Positions 27,514-38,189 are shown, numbered from the stretch's first letter. The stretch is DNA of 64,000 nt from an uncultured Nitrospirota bacterium (GCA_964515925.1 CAZEYP010000003.1:21628-85627); one strand, 5' to 3'. Translations and numbers: made by a program. The notes: generated by a model not told the origin, from the sequence alone.

Positions 27514-28734
27514 ATGAGTCAAACAATCCTTAACATCATTGTCGTCCTCATACCTCTTCTGCTTTTAATCCTTTTTCTTTACAGCTTCCGATACCTTAAA
27601 AGGGCAAGCAAACTGAAGGAGGAGATGAAACAATCAGAAGTGGGGTTTGTTGTTGATACATTTCACGAGCTTGTTGCAAAGTTAAAGGAAAAGGAAAAGG
27701 AGCTTGAGGAGTTAAGAAAAAAGGCAGAGGAGAGGGCAGACGATGTAGTAAGCTACAGTGACAACATAATAGAAAGTGTGCCAAGCGGTGTGGTGAGTTT
27801 TAATAATGAGCTTATAATAACCAGTGTTAACTCTTCTGCATTGAAGATACTTGGGCTTGAGGGGAAGGAGATAGAGAGGAAAAGGTATTCAGAGGTATTT
27901 TATGAACCTGTGAAGGGATTAATAGAGAAACAGGATATAGTTAAGCGTGCAGAGTATCTTTATGAGACTGGTAAAGGAAAGAGATGGCTTGGTCTTACTA
28001 TTTCGCCGCTTTATAACAGAAAGAAAGAAAAGATAGGAAAGGTGCTGATATTTAGTGACCTTACCGAACTTAAAACCCTTGAAAGGCAGGTCAGGTTAAG
28101 AGAGTGGCTTTCTTCTCTTGGAGAGGTCTCCCTTGGTATTGCTCATGAGTTGAGAAACCCGATGGCAGTAATTTCAGGCTACAGTAAGCTTCTTAAAAAG
28201 GATGCATCTGAAAGACAGCAGGCAATAGTTGATGCTATAGCAGAGGAAATCAATGCCATGGACCGCATAATTAATGACTTCCTTTCATTTGCGAAACCTG
28301 TTGTGCCTCAGACAGAGATGGTGAATCTTAGAGAAATTGTTACAGAGATTTTACAGGGACAACTTGATGGGAAAAGTTCAATAGACTGTGATGAAAGGCT
28401 TGGAGATTGTGTGATTAAGACTGATCCCGTACTTTTTAAACAGGCTGTTTCAAACATCATAAGAAATGCAATTGAAGCTATGCCAACAGGGGGGAGGCTC
28501 TTGGTTGAACTTAAATGTTCTGAAAGTAGGGCAATTTTTATAGTAGAGGATACTGGAAGCGGTATCCCTGACGAGATAAGGGAAAAGATATTTTTGCCCT
28601 TTTTTACAACTAAAGACAGAGGTACTGGCCTGGGTCTTTCGATTGTGCATAAAAACATTACTACCCTTGGCGGAAACATCAGGGTTGAGAGTAAAAAGGG
28701 TATGACCCGTTTTATTGTTGAGATACCCGGTTGA
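27514..28734 (+). CDS. membrane-anchored PAS sensor histidine kinase
   Basis: N-terminal TM helix, coiled coil, PAS ([19 protein letters not shown]), H-box [13 protein letters not shown] and G-box GTGLGLSIV. Starts 3 nt after the rtcB stop. Confidence 0.85.
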   Translation: MSQTILNIIVVLIPLLLLILFLYSFRYLKRASKLKEEMKQSEVGFVVDTFHELVAKLKEKEKELEELRKKAEERADDVVSYSDNIIESVPSGVVSFNNELIITSVNSSALKILGLEGKEIERKRYSEVFYEPVKGLIEKQDIVKRAEYLYETGKGKRWLGLTISPLYNRKKEKIGKVLIFSDLTELKTLERQVRLREWLSSLGEVSLGIAHELRNPMAVISGYSKLLKKDASERQQAIVDAIAEEINAMDRIINDFLSFAKPVVPQTEMVNLREIVTEILQGQLDGKSSIDCDERLGDCVIKTDPVLFKQAVSNIIRNAIEAMPTGGRLLVELKCSESRAIFIVEDTGSGIPDEIREKIFLPFFTTKDRGTGLGLSIVHKNITTLGGNIRVESKKGMTRFIVEIPG

Positions 28735-28774
28735 TTTCGGATATAAGATTTCAGATTTATGATGTCAGATTTGG
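28733..28774. repeat. heptamer tandem array (GATTTNN, 6 units)
   Basis: Reads gatttcg gatataa gatttca gatttat gatgtca gatttgg. It starts inside the TGA stop of the kinase gene. Confidence 0.8.
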
Positions 28775-28796
28775 TAGTAGAGTGATGCTCAGGTGT

Positions 28797-29495
28797 TCAG
28801 TAGAATATCAGAAATAGCACAAAGGTGGTGATAGCGCCTAAGAGCCCTCCTAATATGACTTCCCATGGTGTGTGTGCCCTGACAGCAACCCTGCTCTGGG
28901 CGATAACCAGGGCAGCAATAAATGTTAGTATTGAAACGATGTAATTATGGCTGATAAATGTGGTAGAGACCCATATTGAAAAGGCAAGGGCTGCATGTCC
29001 ACTGGGTAGCCCTCCTCTTAGGGGTTTTCCCATACCGAAATGTGACTTGGTAATGATAACAAGTATAAGAACAATAACCAGTGAAACGATTGCGGTATCT
29101 TCGCCTGCATGTTTGGCTATCCTGAATCCATCCTGAAATGCCTTCATTATATAGGGCGACAGTATTATGTAACCAATAACAAGTGAGCCAAATGCAGTAA
29201 CAAGCACTGCTCCAGCAGCTATGTCTTTTGCCAGTTTTGCAATCTCATTTTTTTCAGGACTAAGAAGGTCAACAACATGCTCTATTGATGTGTTCAGGAG
29301 TTCAGCACATATCACAATTACAGCAATTGTTGATATAAGCAGGAACTCTGTTCTGCTTACACCAAGAAGAAAGCTTATTATCAGAACACCGCTTGCTGCA
29401 TAAAAGTGATACCTGAGATGTCTTTCTGTTTTTGCTGCATGAAGCACACCCTCAATTGCATAATTGGCTGATTCAACCCACTTTCTTAATGGCAT
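28797..29495 (-). CDS. fusion of prokaryotic diacylglycerol/undecaprenol kinase (DgkA) and PAP2 phosphatase domains
   Basis: The N-terminal half (ANYAIEGVLHA...ELLNTSIEHVVD...AKDIAAGAVL) is DgkA-like. The C-terminal half (PSGHAALAF...SRVAVRAHTPWEV) has the PAP2 C2/C3 motifs. ATG 29495 with an upstream GGAG is preferred over the track start 29630. Confidence 0.7.
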   Translation of the reverse strand: MPLRKWVESANYAIEGVLHAAKTERHLRYHFYAASGVLIISFLLGVSRTEFLLISTIAVIVICAELLNTSIEHVVDLLSPEKNEIAKLAKDIAAGAVLVTAFGSLVIGYIILSPYIMKAFQDGFRIAKHAGEDTAIVSLVIVLILVIITKSHFGMGKPLRGGLPSGHAALAFSIWVSTTFISHNYIVSILTFIAALVIAQSRVAVRAHTPWEVILGGLLGAITTFVLFLIFY

Positions 29496-29940
29496 CAAGG
29501 AGCTCCTTTTGTTTCGTAAACATCCTTTTTTCCTGTTTTTTTGATACCTCGTGGTCATAGCCGCAGAGATGGAGTACCCCATGTACGATGAGACGGAGTA
29601 CCTCTTCATGAAGCTCAACATCGTATTCAATGGCCTGGCGCTCGGCCTGATGTAGATTTATTACCACATCACCGATGGGCAGATCTTCTTCATAGGGTGA
29701 GTCTTTAACCGTTTTTTTTATCTCTTTTATTGAATGAAACATCGGAAAGGAGATTACATCTGTGGGACTGTCCTTTCCCCTGTATGCCCTGTTAAGCTCT
29801 TTTGATCTAAAATCGTTTACAAACAGAATGCCTATTTCTGTTTTTTCAAGTTTAAGTTTCTTTAAAACAATCTCAAGGCAGCGTTGAATGTGCTCTTTGT
29901 CTATCTTTACCTTTCTTTGGAGGTTTCTTATTATAATCAC
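29473..29940 (-). CDS. ybeY: rRNA maturation endoribonuclease YbeY
   Basis: HGVLHLCGYDH zinc motif; 155 aa. Confidence 0.9.
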   Translation of the reverse strand: MIIIRNLQRKVKIDKEHIQRCLEIVLKKLKLEKTEIGILFVNDFRSKELNRAYRGKDSPTDVISFPMFHSIKEIKKTVKDSPYEEDLPIGDVVINLHQAERQAIEYDVELHEEVLRLIVHGVLHLCGYDHEVSKKQEKRMFTKQKELLDAIKKVG

Positions 29941-31474
29941 TACCTCTTTTTATCCCCTTCCTGATAGGTGTAACCTTTTCAGTTAATACCGGTCTCTCTG
30001 ATTTTTCTGATTTTTCTTCACGGGTTTTTTCAAAGTCGAATCCTGGATAATCAACCCTTTTGTGAAGTATTCCAGTAAGTATGTAGGTGAACTTTTTCTT
30101 TATAATGGATATGTCCTTAAGGGTCAGCTCACATTCCTCAAGCTGACCATCTATGAAGATATGGTTAACGATTTTGTCCACAAGAGACTCAATGCGGGCA
30201 GGGGTTGGGTCTTTAAGCACCCTTGACGCTGCCTCTACTGCATCGGCAATCATTACAAGTGCTGCCATTCTGCTTTGAGGTTTTGGCCCCTGATAACGAT
30301 AGTCCTCTTCAGGGGGTTCACCATTACCAAGGTCCTTTGCCTTTTGATAAAAGTAGGTCATAAGACAGGTGCCATGATGCTGCTGGATTATGTCGATTAT
30401 TGGCTCCGGGAGCCTGTATTCGCGGGCAAGCTCTACACCTTCTTTGACATGAGAAGATAGTATTATACTGCTCATGTGAGGGGTGAGCAGTTCGTGTTTG
30501 CTTACTGCACCTGATTGGTTTTCTACAAAATACTCTGGCATCTTTATCTTGCCAATGTCGTGGTAATAGGCACTTACCCTTGCCATAAGCGGATTTACCC
30601 CTATGTCCTCTGCAACTGATTCCACAAGATTGCCAACAATTATACTGTGATGATAGGTGCCAGGAGCTGTAATCATGAGGTTTTTCATCAAAGGTTGATT
30701 CAGGTCTAAAAGTTCTAATAATGTAATATCAGTGGTAACTTTGAACACCATCTCTATTGCAGGTAAAAACAGAGATACGACAGAGGAGACAATGACACCA
30801 GAAGATATGGCAAAAATATAGGCAACAGGTGCGAAGTCCTGTGTAAACCTGCCTGTGTAAAGTAAAAGACCGGTAAGTGTAAATATGTTTGCAGCGCTCA
30901 CATAAAGCCCACTTTTAAGGATATCAGAGCGTTTTTTACACCTTAACACACTGAAGGCACCAACCAGACTCCCCACAAAGGCATAAATTGGATATAGTGG
31001 TTGAATGACCCACAAACCAGTAAGAAGACTGATAGTAAAGGAAAATATAATTGCCGTATGAAAATCGAATATAAGCGTTATAAGGATGGCTCCAGCAGGG
31101 ATAGGCATTCCGTAGATTATACTGTCTAAGGCACTGATGCCAAGTCCCTGAGAAAACTTGAGGAAGAAATACTGAAAGGTGCGTGCTGTGATTATGGTGA
31201 ATATGACCAGAATACCCAGAAGCAAAACCATACGGGTCTTTTTTATATAGTCAGGTTTGTAACGGATTATATCTCTGTAGAATATGAGAAAGAGAAGTGC
31301 AGAGATCAGGAAACCACCAAGTACAAACTCCACGCTCCATCCACTTTCTACAGTGATGGATGTTATGAGCCCAAAGAGTAAAACCGAGGCTATCTCTATA
31401 AGAGTGCGGCGGTTAAACCTGCTGTTGCTGCTCGATTGTTTCTGTATCTTCTTTCCGTTTTTCAGCTCTTTCAT
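29873..31474 (-). CDS. 7TM-receptor HD-GYP-like/HDIG phosphohydrolase (PgpH/YqfF family)
   Basis: Multi-TM central region, then HHSIIVGNL...YYHDIGKI (HD domain). Conserved phoH-pgpH-ybeY-dgkA gene order. Confidence 0.8.
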   Translation of the reverse strand: MKELKNGKKIQKQSSSNSRFNRRTLIEIASVLLFGLITSITVESGWSVEFVLGGFLISALLFLIFYRDIIRYKPDYIKKTRMVLLLGILVIFTIITARTFQYFFLKFSQGLGISALDSIIYGMPIPAGAILITLIFDFHTAIIFSFTISLLTGLWVIQPLYPIYAFVGSLVGAFSVLRCKKRSDILKSGLYVSAANIFTLTGLLLYTGRFTQDFAPVAYIFAISSGVIVSSVVSLFLPAIEMVFKVTTDITLLELLDLNQPLMKNLMITAPGTYHHSIIVGNLVESVAEDIGVNPLMARVSAYYHDIGKIKMPEYFVENQSGAVSKHELLTPHMSSIILSSHVKEGVELAREYRLPEPIIDIIQQHHGTCLMTYFYQKAKDLGNGEPPEEDYRYQGPKPQSRMAALVMIADAVEAASRVLKDPTPARIESLVDKIVNHIFIDGQLEECELTLKDISIIKKKFTYILTGILHKRVDYPGFDFEKTREEKSEKSERPVLTEKVTPIRKGIKRGSDYNKKPPKKGKDRQRAHSTLP

Positions 31475-32411
31475 AGGCCTTTATTATCTCCTGAACAAGT
31501 CTGTGACGAACAACATCTCGCTCAGTAAAATATACAAACTTTATCCCCTCAATTAAAGCCAGTATCTGTTCTGCCTCTATGAGTCCTGATGTCTTACCCA
31601 CAGGAAGGTCAACCTGGGTAATGTCTCCAGTGATTACAGTTTTGGAATTGAATCCCAATCTGGTAAGATACATCTTCATCTGTTCCGAGGTCGTGTTCTG
31701 TGCCTCGTCAAGTATCACAAAGGCATCATTAAGGGTTCTGCCTCGCATATAGGCAAGAGGTGCTATTTCTATAATGCCCTTTTCAATCAGCCGCATGGCC
31801 TTTTCAAACTCTACCATATCGTATAACGCATCATACAGTGGCCTGAGGTAGGGGTGGACCTTCTCGTACATATCACCTGGCAGGTATCCGAGTTTCTCAC
31901 CAGCTTCTACAGCAGGCCTTGCAAGCACTATACGGCTTACCTTTTTTTTGATAAGGGCATTTACTGCCATTGCCATGGCAAGATAGGTCTTACCTGTGCC
32001 AGCAGGACCGATGCCAAAGACAATGTCGTACTTCTTTATAGCCTCTATGTATTTTTTCTGTGTTTCAGTTTTTGGTATTATAAATCTCTTCTTTGATGAT
32101 ACCGGTATTTGATTGGCAAAGAGGTCCTTCAAAGAGGTGCTTTCTCCTTTGTTTACTGAAGAAAGCGCAAACCTTATGTCATCAGGGCCTAAGAGGTAGC
32201 CTTTACGATTTATCTCTCTTATTTCATCAATTAGCCGTTCTGCCTTAGCTGCTTTTTCTTCAGGACCCTTTATGAAAAGTTTTTCACCTCGAGTACTTAT
32301 TACAACGCCAAGCTCATCCTCAATGAGCTTCAGGCTTTTCTGGAGCCCTGAGAAGAAAAAGCTTTCATAGTCAGACTCTGATATAATCTTTTCAAGTATT
32401 ATATCCTTCAT
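31413..32411 (-). CDS. phoH: PhoH-like ATPase (YbeZ)
   Basis: Walker [19 protein letters not shown], and an N-terminal KH-like extension. Confidence 0.9.
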   Translation of the reverse strand: MKDIILEKIISESDYESFFFSGLQKSLKLIEDELGVVISTRGEKLFIKGPEEKAAKAERLIDEIREINRKGYLLGPDDIRFALSSVNKGESTSLKDLFANQIPVSSKKRFIIPKTETQKKYIEAIKKYDIVFGIGPAGTGKTYLAMAMAVNALIKKKVSRIVLARPAVEAGEKLGYLPGDMYEKVHPYLRPLYDALYDMVEFEKAMRLIEKGIIEIAPLAYMRGRTLNDAFVILDEAQNTTSEQMKMYLTRLGFNSKTVITGDITQVDLPVGKTSGLIEAEQILALIEGIKFVYFTERDVVRHRLVQEIIKAYERAEKRKEDTETIEQQQQV

Positions 32412-32974
32412 TTTGAGTTGTTCACCGTTACTATAAAGGTCTTGAGCTTTTCGTTTATCTTAAGCTTCAATGCTACTTTTTCCGCATCTGTTCTTTTAAT
32501 AAATCTGCCAACTCGAACTCTATATAATATTTTACCTCTTTTTGAGGTATTTATAAACACCGTATAACCCTTCCTGGAAAGCCTCTTCTTAAGCGTTTGT
32601 GCTTCCTTTTTTGAGCTGAAGGCACCAACCTGGATTGTGAAGTAGTTTATACTGTTACGCTGTATGGGAAAGGGCCTTTCCTTAAGGGTAGGTTCTTCAG
32701 ACTTTTTCGTTGCTTTCTTTTTTTCAGCTACTGGAGGCTTAACAGGTGTTGACTTTGCCTCCTTGACAGAGGACGTTCCTTTTTTAGAGGGCTTTGGACT
32801 TTTAGATTCATGAATGATAATTTCTTTTTCAGGAACCACCCCGGATGGCTGATGTGCTGACTTGCCAACAAAATAGCCAAGGATAAAGCTTATCGAGCAT
32901 ATAAGCACAGCGAACACAATTAAAGGTGTTTTACCGTACAAAAGGGCGAATCTGTCTATCTTTCTATGTTTCAT
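32408..32974 (-). CDS. SPOR domain membrane protein
   Basis: N-terminal TM helix, a Lys/Pro-rich linker, and a C-terminal SPOR domain ([22 protein letters not shown]...YRVRVGRF). Confidence 0.7.
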   Translation of the reverse strand: MKHRKIDRFALLYGKTPLIVFAVLICSISFILGYFVGKSAHQPSGVVPEKEIIIHESKSPKPSKKGTSSVKEAKSTPVKPPVAEKKKATKKSEEPTLKERPFPIQRNSINYFTIQVGAFSSKKEAQTLKKRLSRKGYTVFINTSKRGKILYRVRVGRFIKRTDAEKVALKLKINEKLKTFIVTVNNSK

Positions 32975-33991
32975 TCAGTCCCCCTTTCTGAAGATAAGCA
33001 TAGCATCACCGTAAGAGAAAAATCTATACTGCCTTTTTATTGCCTCTTGATAGGCATCTAATATGGTATCCCTTCCAGCAAAGGCTGAAACAAGCAAAAG
33101 AGGAGTGGACCGGGGTAAATGAAAGTTTGTAAGCAGTATATCAACCGCTTTGAATTTATAGCCAGGGTAGATAAACAGGTCGGTGCTTCCCTGAATAATA
33201 CCATTTGCGGTTGTCTTTATATAGTGTCCAGAAAAAATCGCTTCAAGGGTCCTTGTAACCGTTGTCCCAACGGCTACTACCCTGCCACCCTGTTTTTTTA
33301 CTTCTTTTATTTCGTTAACGAGAGAGTTCTCCACCTCAAAAACCTCTTTTCCCATCATGTGCTCTTCTATCGTTTCTGTTTTTACAGGCATGAATGTGCC
33401 TAAACCAACATGAAGTGTGATGTAGCGGATTTTTACTCCTCTTTTCTGTAAATCAGATAGTATCTGCTTTGTGAAATGAAGCCCTGCCGTTGGTGCTGCA
33501 ATAGAGCCTTCCTTTTCAGCGTACACGGTCTGATACCAGTTGCGGTCTTCAGGTAGTGGCTCTCTTTTTATGTATGGGGGAAGTGGCATTAGGCCGTGTC
33601 TCCATAAATAGTCGCTTATGTCCTCTTTGTCAAACTCCACTATTTTACCCTCAGTGATTCTTGCTGTTAGACCACCTTCAAAAATAGCTGTGCCCGAGTA
33701 TCTTCCCTTTGAAAGAACCGTGAAACGACCCTGTCCAAGAGGTTTTACCAGAAGGATTTCAATCTTCCCGCCGGTTTCTTTTTTGCCCTTAAGACGGGCA
33801 GGTATCACCTTTGTGTTGTTCAGTATAAGCAGATCTCCAGCACTCAGGTATTCTGCGATGTCTCTGAAGACCCTGTGCTCTATAAGGCCATGCCCTTTCA
33901 AAACCATTAATCTTGAGGCATCTCGCCTTTTTTCAGGAAAAGAGGCTATTAGCTCTCTGGGGAGTTCAAAATCAAAATAGCTAATCTTCAT
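32975..33991 (-). CDS. queA: S-adenosylmethionine:tRNA ribosyltransferase-isomerase
   Basis: FDFELPRELIA, SIAAPTAGLHFT and FFSYGDAMLI motifs. Confidence 0.95.
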   Translation of the reverse strand: MKISYFDFELPRELIASFPEKRRDASRLMVLKGHGLIEHRVFRDIAEYLSAGDLLILNNTKVIPARLKGKKETGGKIEILLVKPLGQGRFTVLSKGRYSGTAIFEGGLTARITEGKIVEFDKEDISDYLWRHGLMPLPPYIKREPLPEDRNWYQTVYAEKEGSIAAPTAGLHFTKQILSDLQKRGVKIRYITLHVGLGTFMPVKTETIEEHMMGKEVFEVENSLVNEIKEVKKQGGRVVAVGTTVTRTLEAIFSGHYIKTTANGIIQGSTDLFIYPGYKFKAVDILLTNFHLPRSTPLLLVSAFAGRDTILDAYQEAIKRQYRFFSYGDAMLIFRKGD

Positions 33992-34961
33992 GGTATCTTT
34001 CTATTTTTGTGCCCGGGTAATAGTAACCAAGTATGTATTTGAAGTCGTATCCTTTCAGTGCCATTTCAAGGGCGCCCCACTGACAGAGCCCAACCCCATG
34101 ACCATAACCTCTGCCGTCAAATACAAAGGAATTGCCCTCTTTTGATATTTTAAACCATGTACTTGGAAGATGTTTCCATCCAAGTATTCTTCTGAGGTCT
34201 TTTGCCGTAATTTCGAGTGTTCTGGACTCTGTAATTATTTTTAACTCTTTAACCCTTCCACTTTTTGTATGACTCACTATCTTCAGGTCCTTCAGATTTT
34301 CTATTTTGAGTGCCCTTTCAATCTCCCTCTTACCGATCCTTTTTCGCCATCTCCAGTATGGTGAGATGGAGCAGTCATTTTTAACAGAGCGAAGATAGGG
34401 CTCTTTTTTACTAAAGACCTCTTCGGCATACTCTGTTCTGCCACCACAGGTTGAGTGATAAAGGGCCTCAATTGGTTTTCCTTTATAGGTGACTATAAGC
34501 CCCTTTGTTTCATTAACCGCCTGCTCTATGAGCCTGTCCTTCTGGTTTCCCCTGTATAACTGGTGTAGGGTGGAGGAGCTAAGGTGGTAGAGCTTATCTC
34601 TGTTTTTCATTATCTGTCTGACGGCATAGGTTCTTGCCACGATTGCCTGAACCTTCAGTGCCTCCAAAGGCCAGTCGTCGGTTGTCTCTGAATAAACCAC
34701 ACTCTTAACATACTCTTCAAGTGGCAGTTCATTTATAACATAGAGCCCCTTTTGTCCCTTCCATACCTCTATTTTCCCCTTGTAGTTTATGCCCCTGAGG
34801 AGCAGTTCACCTTTGATGTTGCCTATCTGCTTTAAAGATTTTTCGTTGTCAGGTAACACAGGGAACCTCTTATCCAGTATCAATACCCTGATGTTTTGTG
34901 GGTAAGACACCACAGGCAGTATAAGCATCAGCAAAAGAAAGACAATGCATTTTTTTATCAT
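33981..34961 (-). CDS. SpoIID/LytB domain protein
   Basis: EALKVQAIVARTY, YHSTCGGRTE and GHGVGLCQWGA motifs, with a signal peptide. Confidence 0.8.
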   Translation of the reverse strand: MIKKCIVFLLLMLILPVVSYPQNIRVLILDKRFPVLPDNEKSLKQIGNIKGELLLRGINYKGKIEVWKGQKGLYVINELPLEEYVKSVVYSETTDDWPLEALKVQAIVARTYAVRQIMKNRDKLYHLSSSTLHQLYRGNQKDRLIEQAVNETKGLIVTYKGKPIEALYHSTCGGRTEYAEEVFSKKEPYLRSVKNDCSISPYWRWRKRIGKREIERALKIENLKDLKIVSHTKSGRVKELKIITESRTLEITAKDLRRILGWKHLPSTWFKISKEGNSFVFDGRGYGHGVGLCQWGALEMALKGYDFKYILGYYYPGTKIERYHED

Positions 34962-34963
34962 TA

Positions 34964-35188
34964 TTATCTCCTGTTAATAAGCCAGAGTATAAGACTGAGA
35001 ATTATACTTAGCAGTATACTTGTACCCAGGGGGAAATAAAAGGTAAAGTTCTTTTTTCTTATTATTATGTCCCCGGGCAGCTTTCCTAACATGGGCAGTT
35101 TGCCACCCAGTAGCAAAAGCCCACCAATCAGCACAATAAACAGACCGAATATTATTAATAGCCTTCCTATTTCTTCAAGAGGCGACAT
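34964..35188 (-). CDS. DUF2905-type small membrane protein
   Basis: 74 aa with two TM helices flanking LGKLPGDIIIRKKNFTFYFP. Confidence 0.6.
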   Translation of the reverse strand: MSPLEEIGRLLIIFGLFIVLIGGLLLLGGKLPMLGKLPGDIIIRKKNFTFYFPLGTSILLSIILSLILWLINRR

Positions 35189-35200
35189 AGTTATATGATA

Positions 35201-35460
35201 AATCCTAAATTCTAAGCACCAATTTCTAAACCCTTAAGGGTGTAGGGGGTAGGGTGTAGTAAAAACTCCCCTACTTTCTTAAAACCCCAAACACTTATCT
35301 TCAAATTCTAAATTTCTAATATCTAAATCCTAAACAAATCCCAAGCTCTAAATTTCAAACTACAAACTCACTTATTTTCATTCAATCGTAACTTTTAACA
35401 AAAACTAACGCAATCAACGCAATGAACGCGATAAACGCAATTAACGCAATCAACGCAATA
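35201..35460 (-). repeat. composite element (same architecture as 25861-26047, opposite strand)
   Basis: On the plus strand: AATTCTA-type heptamers, GTAGGGG-type heptamers, more AATTCTA-type units, then AACGCAANN nonamers x6 (35403-35460). Confidence 0.9.
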
Positions 35461-35466
35461 TACCAA

Positions 35467-36009
35467 TTACTTGGTTTTCTTTGTTTTTAAGAATCTTTCC
35501 ATTTCAGAATATATGCATCCGCAGTAGTTTTGCCTGTAGAAATCAAGCTCCCTTGACATCCTCATGCCATCTCGAAAACCCTCTCTGAAGTCTTCAAAGT
35601 AAAACTCCACATCGAATTCTTCCTGAATCTCCTTGCCTATAGCCTTAATGAGATCTATCTTCTGATAGGGGCTTACCAGAAGTGTGGTAGAGAAGGCATC
35701 CATGCCAAGCTCTTTTGCAACCCTTGCAGCCTCTCTGAGTCTTACCCTGTAGCAAAAACTGCACCTGTTTTTTTCATCGTATACAACAGCCCTCAGGAAT
35801 TCCTTCAGTCCATAATGATCCTTAAAGGTTATATCAAACTTCCAGAGGTTCTGGAGTTGTTTAAGGGTCTCCAGTCTCTTTTTGTATTCCCTATAGGGGT
35901 GTATATTGGGATTAAACCACAATCCATGGTAGTTAATACCCCTTTCTTTAAGCGTTTTTAGTGGAAAAAGTGCACAGTTGGCACAGCAGATATGCATAAG
36001 AAGCTTCAT
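35467..36009 (-). CDS. queH: epoxyqueuosine reductase QueH (DUF208)
   Basis: MHICCANC...CSFCYRVRL...NYCGCIYSE cysteine pattern of QueH. Confidence 0.8.
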   Translation of the reverse strand: MKLLMHICCANCALFPLKTLKERGINYHGLWFNPNIHPYREYKKRLETLKQLQNLWKFDITFKDHYGLKEFLRAVVYDEKNRCSFCYRVRLREAARVAKELGMDAFSTTLLVSPYQKIDLIKAIGKEIQEEFDVEFYFEDFREGFRDGMRMSRELDFYRQNYCGCIYSEMERFLKTKKTK

Positions 36010-36012
36010 TTT

Positions 36013-37713
36013 TCACAACCTGCCTGAACGGATAATTGATATCAGGAGCCAGAATCCCATAAAAAAGGCAACCACAAACCCTGCAAGACCAAGAAGTGGG
36101 ATATCAAACACGGTACCACCTGTACCTGTCAGGGTAAGTATGGCTGAACTTAATATTATAGCAGCTACAACTATGCTGAAGGCAATACGATTGGTTGATT
36201 TGTCTATATCACGAATAAGTCGTTCAAGGCCATCAAGCTTCATGTTCAGGTGTAGTTCGTCTTTAATGGCCTTTCTTAAGAGCAGGTTCAACTGCTTTGG
36301 TGTATTGACGGCAATGTTAGAGAGGTCTGTCATCTGTTTTTGCATTCTCTCGTAGAGCCGCTTTGGATGATATCGACTCCTTATAAGCCTTGAGGCATAG
36401 GGTTCGGCGACTGAAATAAAGTTGAAGTTAGGGTCAAGCTCTCTGCCAATATTATCGAGGATAAGCATGCACTTGTTAAGAAGAAGCAGGTCTGATGGGA
36501 TCTTTAATTTGTGTTTTAGTGCCATGTGGATAAGTGTGTCGAGGTATTTTGCAATATTTATTTCAGAAATGGTCATATCATAAAGAGGAATCAGGAAATC
36601 AATTATATCTGCCTTGAACTCTCTTCTGAATGTCTCGAGATCAACCTCCTCGGTGACCAGTCCAAGTGCTATATACTGGTCGATCAGGCTATCGAAGTCT
36701 TTTTTTACGAGGGCAATTAGTGCCTGGGCAATACTCTCCATAATGTCAGGTGTAAGCCAGCCCACGATACCGAAATCCACAAGACCTATTCTTCCGTCGG
36801 GCATTACAAATATGTTGCCAGGATGAGGGTCGGCATGAAAGAAGCCATCAACCAAAAACATCTTGAAGTAGGCGTCTACTCCTTTGCGTGCAAGCTCGGT
36901 TCTGTCTATTCCCATTTCAGTGATTGCCTCAATGTTGTCAATCCTGACACCCTCGATTCTTTCCATTACAATCATCCTCTTTGACAGTAAATGTGGATAT
37001 AACTGAGGGATGTATATATCTGGATGGTTTGCAAAGTTTCTCCTGAACCGGCACATATTTTTTGCCTCTTCAGTGAAATCAAGCTCCTTTCTGATAGTAC
37101 GGGCAAACTCCTCAACTATGCCGGTAGGGTTGAAGAGCTCTGTTTCAGGGATGTATCGGACTAAAAGAGAGGCGATTGCCTTCATTATGGTTATATCTGT
37201 TTCTATCTGTTCCTTGATTCTGGGCCTCTGCACTTTTATTACAACAGGCGTTTCATCTTTCAATACTGCGTAATGCACCTGTGCAATGGAGGCGGCAGCA
37301 ACTGGTTCAGGCTCGATATAACTGAATAGATTTTCCGGCTCTGTTCCCATCTCTTCTTTTATTATCTTTTTGGCCTCTTCAAAGGGAAAGGGTGGAACTT
37401 CATCCTGAAGCTTTTTGAACTCATCTGCAAAGGTAGCGGTTATAAGGTCAGGCCTTGAAGAAAGCAGTTGTGCTAACTTAATGAAGGATGGTCCCAGTTC
37501 TCCAAAGGCAATCCTCAGCCTTTCTGCAGCAGCCTGCCCCAGTGTAGGACGGGAGCCCAGGATTTTAAGTCGCTTTCTGAATGGTAAAACCCTGTGGAGG
37601 TTTATCTGTTCAATTATCTGCCCAAAGCCGTGTTTTAAAAAGACATTAACTATCTGCCTGAGCCTGTTTATGTTGCGGTAGGTTCTCTTGAGCCTGAGAA
37701 ATTCTAAAAGCAT
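36013..37713 (-). CDS. ubiB: ABC1/UbiB family atypical kinase
   Basis: AAASIAQVHYAVL, VIKVQRP and HADPHPGNIFV motifs, with two C-terminal TM helices. Confidence 0.85.
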   Translation of the reverse strand: MLLEFLRLKRTYRNINRLRQIVNVFLKHGFGQIIEQINLHRVLPFRKRLKILGSRPTLGQAAAERLRIAFGELGPSFIKLAQLLSSRPDLITATFADEFKKLQDEVPPFPFEEAKKIIKEEMGTEPENLFSYIEPEPVAAASIAQVHYAVLKDETPVVIKVQRPRIKEQIETDITIMKAIASLLVRYIPETELFNPTGIVEEFARTIRKELDFTEEAKNMCRFRRNFANHPDIYIPQLYPHLLSKRMIVMERIEGVRIDNIEAITEMGIDRTELARKGVDAYFKMFLVDGFFHADPHPGNIFVMPDGRIGLVDFGIVGWLTPDIMESIAQALIALVKKDFDSLIDQYIALGLVTEEVDLETFRREFKADIIDFLIPLYDMTISEINIAKYLDTLIHMALKHKLKIPSDLLLLNKCMLILDNIGRELDPNFNFISVAEPYASRLIRSRYHPKRLYERMQKQMTDLSNIAVNTPKQLNLLLRKAIKDELHLNMKLDGLERLIRDIDKSTNRIAFSIVVAAIILSSAILTLTGTGGTVFDIPLLGLAGFVVAFFMGFWLLISIIRSGRL

Positions 37714-38042
37714 CAGCTATCCTGCTCTGTGCTCTTTGCAGTAGTCTCCTCTAACTTCTTAATCCTCTGTGAGAGGGTTTTTATCTTTTTGTTTAATGCA
37801 TCAATGTCCTCTTTAGTGGGGATGTTCATCTTCTCAAGAGCCTTCTGTATGGCATCTGTCAGGGTCTTTGAAAACTCATCAGAGCTCTTTTCAGCCTTTT
37901 CCGTGAACTCCTTGACCAGCTTTGCACCCTGAGATTCGCTAAGCTCACCCTTTTTTACAAGCTCATCAATAAACTCCTTTGCCTTCTGCTGTGCTCCAAA
38001 TCCGGCAAGCATTGCATTTCTGATAATCTCAAATACACTCAT
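37713..38042 (-). CDS. phasin-like small coiled-coil protein
   Basis: 109 aa, all-helical (ELVKKGELSESQGAKLVKEF...LSQRIKKLE). Its stop overlaps the ubiB start by 1 nt. Family call is weak. Confidence 0.45.
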   Translation of the reverse strand: MSVFEIIRNAMLAGFGAQQKAKEFIDELVKKGELSESQGAKLVKEFTEKAEKSSDEFSKTLTDAIQKALEKMNIPTKEDIDALNKKIKTLSQRIKKLEETTAKSTEQDS

Positions 38043-38063
38043 ATGCCCTCCTCCTTTCTAATT

Positions 38064-38189
38064 ATAGGGTGTAGGGGGTAGGGGGTAGTTATTAGTTTTA
38101 GTTTTGAATGCTTAATAAATGACCTTAACTTATCACTCAAAACTCAAAATTCACTACACCCTACACGCTACCCCCTATTCCCTATCTTT
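38064..38189. repeat. large imperfect palindrome built from heptamer arrays
   Basis: Left arm atagggt gtagggg gtagggg gtagtta ttagttt tagtttt; right arm aaactca aaactca ... tacaccc tacacgc taccccc tattccc tatcttt. Confidence 0.88.
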
